The position numbers were made by a program, and so were the translations under genes. DNA of 64,000 nucleotides. Source: Geosiphon pyriformis uo1 (Eukaryota > Fungi > Glomeromycota). The stretch is taken from assembly GCA_016748015.1 (NCBI GenBank), contig JAAOMT010000230.1, positions 1 to 64,000 on the forward strand. The letters are read 5' to 3'. Shown piece by piece: positions 29,191 through 38,573 of this stretch (the first letter of the stretch is position 1; each line of letters opens with the position of its first letter). The notes below the pieces were generated by a model. It had not been told where the DNA came from. It made no database searches and saw only the letters and a program-made list of their open reading frames with translations.

Positions 29191-31920
29191 TTTTTTTTTA
29201 TTAAGTTTTAATGAGCGAGGTCCAAACACTACCTAGTACAATACATCAAACTAAGTGATCTAAACTAGGTGTGAATCATGCTTTTTCTACACATGACCAG
29301 CCACTCAGGCTGATTAGAACAACACTAAATGTCTATATGAACAAAAGCTAGATTCTCTATGCCAGAAAAAAACAAACAAGCCTTACACAACCCAAAACTA
29401 ATACCAAAAGCTTTAGATATACTTAATAACTTAACCACACCAGCAGAAAAAGTAGTAGAAAGCCCAGACACAGAAACAGACATGGAACCATCCTTCAGAA
29501 TCAATCTATTCTTCTCCATGAGAGTGCGATACTTAGCACAGACCAACCAAACTTTGTTTCTAAAAGCTAGACAAAAGTCCCGCACAAAATTGACTACCAA
29601 ATGGCCTGCAATCTTAGAATCACCAAAAATGGAAACAGCTTCTAGGAACCAACTATTGAAAACAATATCTTTACAGAGAGCAGTGAACACTGCTCCATTG
29701 GAAGCACCAGACAACATTAACTGCATAACACATAAAGAAGACCATGTAAGACCAGAGAGAAACTTCTAGATAGCTGCATGGAAATCCAATAAACGAGCAC
29801 GAACAGCCATGTCAGAAATGCATATAAACACATAATCAGAAATCTCAACATCATCACAAAAAAGGCACACCACACTAGGGTAACACTTGTCATAAAGACA
29901 TTTATGAACAGCAACTGGCAACCAATAGTGTAGAGCCTTCATAAAATACAAGCAAGCACCAGCAGTGTGTTTGCTTATAAAACCAGCAGCCATGTGTAAG
30001 TCAGGATGCCACACAAAAGAAGACCTGTACCAATCTATATCAGCCAACAAATTATCTGCAACATTTCTTAAACCAGAACCAACTTCCCAATGTGCATGAT
30101 AAATGGACCAAAAGATATCACGAGCAAAATGCCTAGCATTATCAGAAACCACACAGCTGTCAGCCAAGATAAAATGTTCTTTAAAACAAGGAGGAAAAAA
30201 GCATTCAGAAGAAGAAGCTGAATTGGCGAGCACATCTACAACATTGTTGCCTAAAACACCAGAATGACCTTTCACTTTACACCAGACAACATTCAAGTTT
30301 TTAGTCCAAATAATGTTCTTTATGTGATGACGCTCAATCCAGCAACAATTACAAAAATCTGGATGCATCAAAACCAATTCCGACTTGCATGCATCCAAGA
30401 CAGCTTGACTATCAGAAAATAAATTGACTGAACTAGAAGGGAGAACACACTCAAGAGCCAAGGCAATGGCTTACAATTCCACCAGAGTTAAAGAAACCAA
30501 ACCAGAAACTTCAATTCCCAGACTCATACCAACGTTCTCAAAAAAGGCTGCAGCTCCAGCTTTCATGCCAGTAGTCCCCAGACCAGCCACAGAACCATTT
30601 GTGTATACAGAGAGACTATTAGCTTCCACACCAAACAGATTATTGTGAACCATGTCAAACTGACTAGATTTCAAAATATTCAAAAGTCCGAGATTGTCCA
30701 CAACATAAGAAAATGAAGAGAACAAAGCCGAGTGCCTAAGAAAATCAACAGCAAAATCAAACCAGCAAGGAATGGAACCACGGGGGTCTAATCTCTTTCA
30801 CCATTTGAAGGTATGCCAATCAAAAATTGAGCCATCATGACAAAAAAGCTGTTCCACAAAAACAATACCATAGTGTCATAGTGACAACTGACAACTGATG
30901 AAACATAATTCACCAAGAACACTTAACAAGAGGGTCCCATTCTGAAAATGAAAAGCACTGGCCATAGAATTGCTAAAAGACAAATTATAATTGAGGAAAA
31001 TATGGACTACGCCAGTCAGGAAATTGTTTAAAAAGGGTATTTTAACACAAGCAGAAAAACACAAAAAATGTAGTGGATGCCAACTGAGAACTTGTAAATC
31101 ATGTGCCCTGTGAGAGAATAGACGACCCAAGATACCAACAGAATTTGCAAAGCTTACAACCAAAGCTAGCTTGCTTTTAGCCTGAATTTGTTCAAAAGTT
31201 TTAAAACCATACAAGGAGGAATAATAAAGCACATCATTGGGAAAGTCAAGAGACAGACCAAATTTCGATTTCAAACCCTTATGAATCAAAGTATCTTACT
31301 TGTTGCACACACTTAAGAGAACAAAACTGAACTGAGTCCTATAACAAACAATAGGATGAAGAATTGAGGAAACCAAATAAGAAAACTGTTTATCCAAGAT
31401 GGCCTTTTTCAGCACAAGATTGGTAAAAAATCTAACATCTGAGTGAGCTTTGGCCAAACTTGGTTTAGAAAGACCTTTAATAGACAGAAAAATATCCAGA
31501 TAACGATGAGATTCACCCTTTTTAGCGATAGAGATTGAAGAACCACTAATAAAAAGAGATGGAGTGTTGACTCAGCAATTGATTGGAATGGCAACTGTCT
31601 TATCATTATTAATAGATATATCATTTATCCGAAAAAACTTATTGGCCACATTAAGAATATGTTGAGTGGCAACCTAACTGCTGCCAACTCAGATTGTATT
31701 ATCCACAAAGGCACCAGCAGCGAAAAAGGAAGAATGACTAGCCCTAGATTCAGCACAACCAGTCTTAGAGATGAAATAAAAGTTCAATCTGTATCCATGC
31801 ATACTTTTCTGTTGTTTGACTTCACACAGAAGAGGATCATAAAATATATGCCAAAGGAGAGGAAAGAAGACCTCTCCTTGGTCCAAACTATTATGCACTT
31901 GATACCCATTAGTTAGTCCA
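29191..31920 (-). mobile_element. 5'-truncated LINE (RT, RNase H, CCHC) with poly(A) tail and 11-bp TSD
   Basis: RT LDQGEVFFPLLW...AFVDN. RNase H YTNGS, EL.AI.LALE, FSDSQA, KVKGHSGVLGN. C-terminal CLFC...E...C. AATAAA merges into the poly(A) at about 29189-29203. CTTTTCTGCTT occurs at 29180-29190 and 31921-31931. Confidence 0.9.
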
Positions 31921-33240
31921 CTTTTCTGCTTGATTTGTTTTTTTGTTCAAAATTAATTAAGTAAACAATTTCAAAACTTTTAGAACTGATTTTTAAACAA
32001 ATATTTAATTAAAACTTATATAACTTATATTATATATTTTTTTGACCAAACTTATTTCGAAAATTCTTTTGAAAAAAAAAACAACAACATTAATTAACTT
32101 TTATACTCTACAACTTTTGAACAACAGCTTTCTAATTTCGAATATTTAAATTAACAAATTTATATTTGGATTGCTGCTTACTAGTTAGCTAAAACTTTTT
32201 TTAAAACAAAAGAACAAAACTATTAAACTGCTTCTGTTTTTAATCTTTTTTTAAGTAAATTAAATTTTTACAAAAACAGCTACTTTTAAACCAAGGCTAA
32301 TAATTCTATATAAACAAATATTTTGGCTATTCTACAAAGCATACAAATTATTTTAGAGTAAAAAAACAATACTTTACTGTTTTTATTTAAAGATAATATA
32401 CAAGATCCAATTAAATAGTTGAATGATTTTAAAAAAGCAATAATAATCAATTAATATAATAAAAATTACAAGTTTTAAATTATTAGTAATGTTTTTTATA
32501 AAATATAAAAATTATATATTAGTATATAATTAGCCAATCAGAATAAGACATAGTAAAAGTAGAATTCTAAGATTTTTCTCAAAGGAATTACAGAATTTCA
32601 GAATTATAGGATTCTAGTGTTACGGGTTGGAGTAACAAGCTAATGGATAGCAAGGAAGAACAGTATTGTATAGTAATGGAAATAAACAAAGAAGAAATTA
32701 CAATAAGGGAGCAAATTGAATAAGTAGGAATTCAATATGCGTGATCAGTCTCATAAAAATCACAGTCGCTAATCTTTTCTTAAATCTGAAGGTAGAGGAA
32801 TAGTCTGTGATTGTCAACAAGATAACACTACTGCTATTATTCTATGCTTCAACTCGGCAATTCTTAGAATCAATAACAGGTATTGTTGTACTTTTCAATC
32901 GTTTCTTTATTCAATGAATTACAAAAGCAAGCCAATTGCTTTTCAGACTAATTCTAACAAATACAAATCAAGAAGGGGAAAAGATAAGGTATGTGAATGC
33001 CAACAAGTAGATACTTGAAGGTAAGGAAAGGGGAATAAGCGATTATGAGAGGAAGTAATTGATATTATTTATTTCGTTATTTTGATTATATCTTTCTACA
33101 GCTGAGGGAATCATCGCTTATATAGCTGTCTAAAGTGGTCAACGACCAGGTCAACAATCAGGTCAATGATCAAGTCAATGATCACTATCTAAAAATAGGG
33201 TGGCTAATTATATGACATCAGTGGCTAATACATGTGATAA

Positions 33241-33897
33241 TTAATAAAAACTATGTGTTTCAACCATATCATTATCCTCTCCAAAGAGATTGAGCTCTGG
33301 TGAAATCAAACTATTTATGGGATAGTCTATGTAAAGGGTTTTGTCTAACTCAAAACTAACTAGTTTGTTGAAGTCTTTTGTGGATAGAGTATATAGTACT
33401 TGAGGCAAAATAAGCTTTGTATCTAAGAGACCAAATCTTTGTATTAGAGTTCTGGCTCTTCTAGCAATGGTCAAAACTCTTGGGACATTCAATCGTATAA
33501 TGCCCAAAATTTCCACTTGTATCTCTGAAATTGTTTTCTTTATGAGCTTCATGTCTTCTATGATTTCACCAAGATGACCATAGAGTTCTAGTTGTCTTCT
33601 ATATGACAAGTTTTTGTCTATGGGCAAGATTTCTTGTATTGTTTTTCCAATTATGCTGGAAGGTGAAAGTATCGCTGCTGTTATGCTTTCCAGCAGGTAT
33701 TTATCCATTTTGCCACCAATTCTTTCTCTTCTGGTAGTTGTTTTCTTTGGTCTAATAACAGTGTGAGTTCCACTGTTGTCTGTTATAGTGGTTTGTTTTC
33801 TGATAGTCAGAGTAGCATTTAGATAGTTCTTGATCCAGTACTCATGGAAAGTATAGAAAGCGTTTTGAATGTTTTGATCCAGGAAATAATTGTTCAT
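33241..33897 (-). CDS. Accessory 3' ORF of A1 (about 218 aa from MNNYF), function unknown
   Basis: Open frame of 250 codons downstream of integrase, crossing the PPT and ending in U3. No obvious signal peptide or transmembrane segment. Confidence 0.7.
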   Translation of the reverse strand: MNNYFLDQNIQNAFYTFHEYWIKNYLNATLTIRKQTTITDNSGTHTVIRPKKTTTRRERIGGKMDKYLLESITAAILSPSSIIGKTIQEILPIDKNLSYRRQLELYGHLGEIIEDMKLIKKTISEIQVEILGIIRLNVPRVLTIARRARTLIQRFGLLDTKLILPQVLYTLSTKDFNKLVSFELDKTLYIDYPINSLISPELNLFGEDNDMVETHSFY

Positions 33898-33944
33898 GTC
33901 GATTGAAAATACCTCTGTTTTGGGAATGGTGCATTTATTTATAT

Positions 33945-35252
33945 CTAATTTTTGCTGATCATTTGGGTCAGTATTACCACAACAAGTAACCAATCAGATC
34001 GTTTGTGATATTTCTTGAGTCACATGCCATAAACAGAGCAATCACTAAATATTGTTCCATATTGATCTTGTAAGATATAAGAACTATTGTTCAAAACTTT
34101 GTTGACTATAAAGGGTCCTTTCTACTGGCTAGAGAATTTATCACCATAGACATTGTCTCTGTCTAAACAGTATTCCAAAACTAAGTCATCAACACTTAAG
34201 GAAAGTGTTTTATAGGTCTTTTTCTTTTTGAGCTTCTCTTGGAACTGTTTTATCTTTTCAAAGGCAATTATCCGTGCTTCTACTAATGAGTCAAGAATGG
34301 TACCAAGTCTTCTTTGCAAAATGTTCTTGTAATCTCCTATTGTTATTTCTTCAAAAGGTATTGTTTTTATATTCGTTTCTATTGGTAGAGTTGCCATTCG
34401 TCTATAGAGTAAATAAAAGGGTTCATAACTTGTTATGTTATGATTCACAGTTCTGTAAGCAAACAAGGCTGAAGGCAATACTTTGTCCCATAGGTTGGTT
34501 TCTTCACTGGTTTTGGCTAGGGTTTCACATAGTGTTCTATTGAAACGTTCCACTAGGCCATTTGTTTGGGGGTGATAAGAGGAAGAGAGTTTATGACGTA
34601 TTTCCATTTTTCTACAAAGTTCTTCAACCAGTGTACTGAGAAAAGCTCTTCCTCTATCAGATAAAAGTTCTTTGGGGCAGCCGTGGTGATAGATAATATT
34701 TTCATAAATAAAATTGGCAATTGAGACTGCTGTTTGATCTGGGATGGCTCTTGCTTCTACCCACTTTGTAAGATAGTCGGTAGCTGTAATAATGTATCTG
34801 TTGCCATCAGGAGTTACTGTTAAAGGTCCAACAACATCTATACCAATTCTATCAAATGGTTGACCAACAGAGATTGGATGGATATCTTCCTTGCAATTGG
34901 GTTTTCCTCTTCTTTGACAGGTATCACAGATTTTGATGTATTTAGCAATGTCTTTTCCCAAGATAGGCCAATAATAGTGAGCTAAAGTTTTCTGAATTGT
35001 TTTTGTTTTTCCAAAGTGTCCAGCTAATGGATTAGTGTACATATTGTAGATCACAATTTCTCTTTCTTCAAATCTAATGACTCTTTGGAGGCGGTCAGGA
35101 TCTTTTCTATTTCTTTTATATAACTGGTTCTGGTGAATCAAATAGAAATTTGATTGTTTGCGCAAATGTTCTCTTTGCTGTCGAGTATAGTCCGGCGGGT
35201 ATTGTCCTTTACCCAAAAATTTCATTAAAGCAGAGTAGTTGTCCAAGTCCAT
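33945..35252 (-). pseudogene. A1 integrase as a separate ORF (HHCC, DDE core, GPF), with one W>stop at 34122
   Basis: AGHFG...CDTCQ, IGIDVVG, LLSDRG, YHPQTNGLVERFN, SQ*KGPF. Has its own ATG at 35252. No chromodomain seen. Confidence 0.9.
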
Positions 35253-35317
35253 TATTGTGTTTGTTTGTAGGGGAGTTACAAATAATTAAGTTGGTTTGGT
35301 TTGAAAGAGTTTTACTA

Positions 35318-38013
35318 TTACTGGATGGTAAGTCTGGAGAGAGCGTCAGCGTTTTGATGATTAGCTTCTTTGTGGTGTTGAATGTCATAGTCGAATTCGT
35401 CCAAGTAGAGTATCCAGTAAGTTATTCGTTTATGTTCCAGGTTTCTTTTGTTGTATAGCCAAACCAAAGCTTGGTGATTTGTTACCACCAAAAATTTCAC
35501 ACCCTTAAGATATTTGTCCCAGTAGCTGGTAGCCCAAACTACTGCTAAGCATTCCTGCTCAGTAACTGAGTAGTTCCTTTCTGCTGGTATAAGAGTTCTA
35601 CTGGCATATGCTATGGCATGTTTTCTGTTATCTTCATCTTTTTGGGAAAGAACAGTACCAAGTTCATAGCCAGATGTATCAGTGTGGAGGATAAAAGGTT
35701 GATCCAAATTAGGTTGCATAAGGATGGGTTCTGTAACCAGTTTTTCCTTCAGAATTTCAAATGCTTTTTGTTGATGAGTGCCCCAGTGATAATTGATGTT
35801 TTTCCTAAGTAGCTGATTGAGAGGAGCAGTGATTTTGAAGAAATTTTTGACAAATTTGTGATAATAAGAGGCCAAACCAAGAAAAGAGCGTAGTTCATGA
35901 ACATTTATTGGTTGTCTAATGTTTTGAACTTTTTCAATTTTGGCTGGATCAGAGAAGATTCCATCTTTTGTAATAAGATGGCCAAGAAACTGGGTGGATT
36001 GACGTCCAAAGAATGATTTGATTGGATTGATCTTGAGACCAGCATTTCTAAAGAGGTCAAAAACCTTTTGCAAATATTTAAGGTGTTCATCCCAGGTTTT
36101 TGAGTATACCATTATGTCGTCCAAGTAGACTAGAACAAAGTTTTCTTTTACTGATTCAAATATTTTGTCCATTAAGCATTGAAATATGAGAGGAGCATTT
36201 GTGAGACCAAAAGGCATGACTGTGAATTCGTAGGTACCATACTTGGTGATGAAGGCAGTTTTCTTTCTGCTTTCTGGATCCATCTCTACTTGTCAGAATC
36301 CAGCAGTTAAGTCAATGGTTGAGAAGAAAGTGGCACTATGAAATTGGTCTAGCATTGCATCAATCTTGGGAAGTGGGTACATGTCTTTTTCAGTAATGGC
36401 ATTTAATTGGCGATAGTCAACACAAAAGTGTAGGGTTCCTCCTTTCTTGGATACTACTACAACTGGGAATGCCCATTTACTCTTGGTTTCCTGTATGAAT
36501 CCAAGGGTTTTCATTCGGGTTATTTTCTTTTTTATAAACTCATCATTGCACCTGTTGGATTGATAGGGCTTCAAATAGATGGGACAAGTTTCTCTGGTGA
36601 TGATGGTGTGTTGTATCACATGTGTACGTCCAGAAAGTTCACCTTTTTTTGAGATAACTGGGCTGTTTCTAGTCAGCAGGTTTTCAATGTCTACTTTTCT
36701 TTCTTCTGGAAAGGGTTCTCTTTGTTTTACAACCAGTGATTGGATTTCAGGTGGTTCATTTTCAAAAGACTTTTGGACTTCTTTTATTTCCTCTCGGGGT
36801 ATCAAGCTGATTGGTTCCCAATCTTTGTAATAGATCAGGCAGGACATGCATTCATTGCTAAGAGAATACAATGGTTTGTCGCATCAGCACCGGGCACAAG
36901 GACCATGCCACCAATAACTGTATTTGGCTTTCTTGTCTGGCTTTCTGTCAAAGGTTCTTCTGAGCATGTTATAATAAGGCCAGCAGATCAGCTTGCCATT
37001 GACAATGATTCTTTTTTTATCTGTCTTGACATTATCCAGTAGTTTGCTATTGCTAGTGAAGATGATATAGACGAGTTCAGCAGTTTCTTCTTGTTCTTCT
37101 TGTTCTTCTTCTTCCTCACTTTCTTCATCATCTGATTCATCTGATTCATCTGATTCATTTTCTTCTGGGCTCTGCTTGGGTACTGGGGAAGTTGTCCAAT
37201 GGCGACACTTAACCACAATGGGTTTCTCACTACATCTGATGGTTAGTTCACAGAGTTCATAATCAAGCAAAGCCTTTGCTTTCTTGAGCCATTCATTGCC
37301 AACAATGATGGTGTATTCTTTTGCTTCAGACACTTCTATATCAGTTTCAATGCTGATGCCATTGATGCGGACAGGAATAGCTTTGGCTATGCCAAGCCCT
37401 TTTTTCTTATCACCATGCACATTGGTCATTGGTTGTGTAGATGGTTCATCAATTTTTCTGCCAATTGCTTTAAGAAAGTGTTTGGCAATAACACTAACAG
37501 ATGATCCACTGTCTAGAATCAAATTGATGAAGTAGCCAGCCACTTGGGCTTTATAAATTAGAGGAGTGACATTGCTATTGTCAGCAAGTCCAGCTTGGCA
37601 AGAGTGTTTGTTGGTTTTGGGTGTCTTTTTTTTTGGAATCAGGGATTTGCGAAGATCTTTTCTGAATTGTGGATGGGTCATCAATTGGCCAAAGATTATA
37701 TGTGCTGGGGTTTCCATAAAGTCTTTGACAACAGAATAGGGACCAGATTTTTGTATTATTTCTGGAGGTTCTAACTTTGGAGAGTTCTTAAAAACTTTGG
37801 CTTTTGGGGGCTCATTGTTGTCAGCAGTTGATGTAAAAGCTTTATTGGGGTCTAGAATGAAATCAACTTTGGCTTTCTTCTTCTTTCTTGTAGGTTCAGA
37901 GGGGTTGATTGCTAATTCATCCATGTTATGGTCATCATCAGTTAAGTTAAAAGCATAAAAGGGGTTTTCTTTTGGTTGGCTTGCACTCTCACCCTTTGAA
38001 GATGCGCCTACCA
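35318..38013 (-). pseudogene. A1 pol: protease, Cys cluster, RT, RNase H (interrupted by TGG>TGA stops)
   Basis: LILDSGS; HGPCARC*CDKP...C..C; FCVDYRQLN; DLTAGF*Q; MPFGL; YLDD; LHTDTS; EQECLAV; NADALSR. Confidence 0.93.
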
Positions 38014-38573
38014 GTTTAAAGACTGATAAACAGTGACTTCAACTAGGGGATCCTCTCCAAAGAAATTGATGTTGGCATGATTGGGTCTTTGGTTGGGCAC
38101 ATTGTTGTTGTTGATTCTGTTGTTCTGAGCATCATTGTTTCTGGGGACTGGTGGAGGCAGTGAAGGATTGTTGCAATCTCTTGAAAAGTGTCCAGTTAAT
38201 CCACAGTGATAGCATACAAGTGGGCCACAATTTTGTTGTCTTTGATAAGATGGTTGCTGGGGCTGATTGAAGCGTGGTTCAAATCTGGATCTTTGTGATT
38301 GCTGATTTTCTCTGACTGCTTGGGCTAAGGATTCTAATAACCGAGCAAGATTTGCTGTGAGTCTGTCTATTAACTGTTCATTTGGATCTTGAGTGTCAGT
38401 GGCAAAAGAAGTAGCAGCCATTTGAGAGACAGGAGCCATGACAGAAACAGGAGCAAAAACTGGTAGTGTGGATCCCAAGTGCATCCTTTGGTTGTCTTCA
38501 ATTCTTTGTGCTAATTCAATGGCCATATCCATGGTGGGATTATCTTTCAGGGCCAGGAGGGGCCAAAGAGCAT
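38008..38573 (-). CDS. A1 gag C-terminus with CCHC zinc knuckle (N-terminus lies in the assembly gap)
   Basis: CYHCGLTGHFSRDC; the frame ends TCT TTA AAC TGG TAG. Confidence 0.9.
38014..38020 (-). other. -1 ribosomal frameshift heptamer U_UUA_AAC at the A1 gag-pol junction
   Basis: Correct X_XXY_YYZ phasing in the gag frame. The -1 frame (KLVGASSKGESASQPKENPFY...) is open straight into the protease ORF. Confidence 0.75.

Noticed and set aside
29359-29769. Plus-strand ORFs over the LINE and LTR elements
   Set aside because: Antisense shadows of the TE coding strand with no recognisable motifs.
33241-33993. env gene or chromodomain after integrase
   Set aside because: No signal peptide, transmembrane segment, fusion motif or chromodomain pattern is visible.
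36284-36890. PR, RT-N and RT-C ORFs of A1 as separate genes
   Set aside because: They share one frame and the breaks are TGA at Trp-like positions (TGG>TGA erosion), unlike the RH/IN break.
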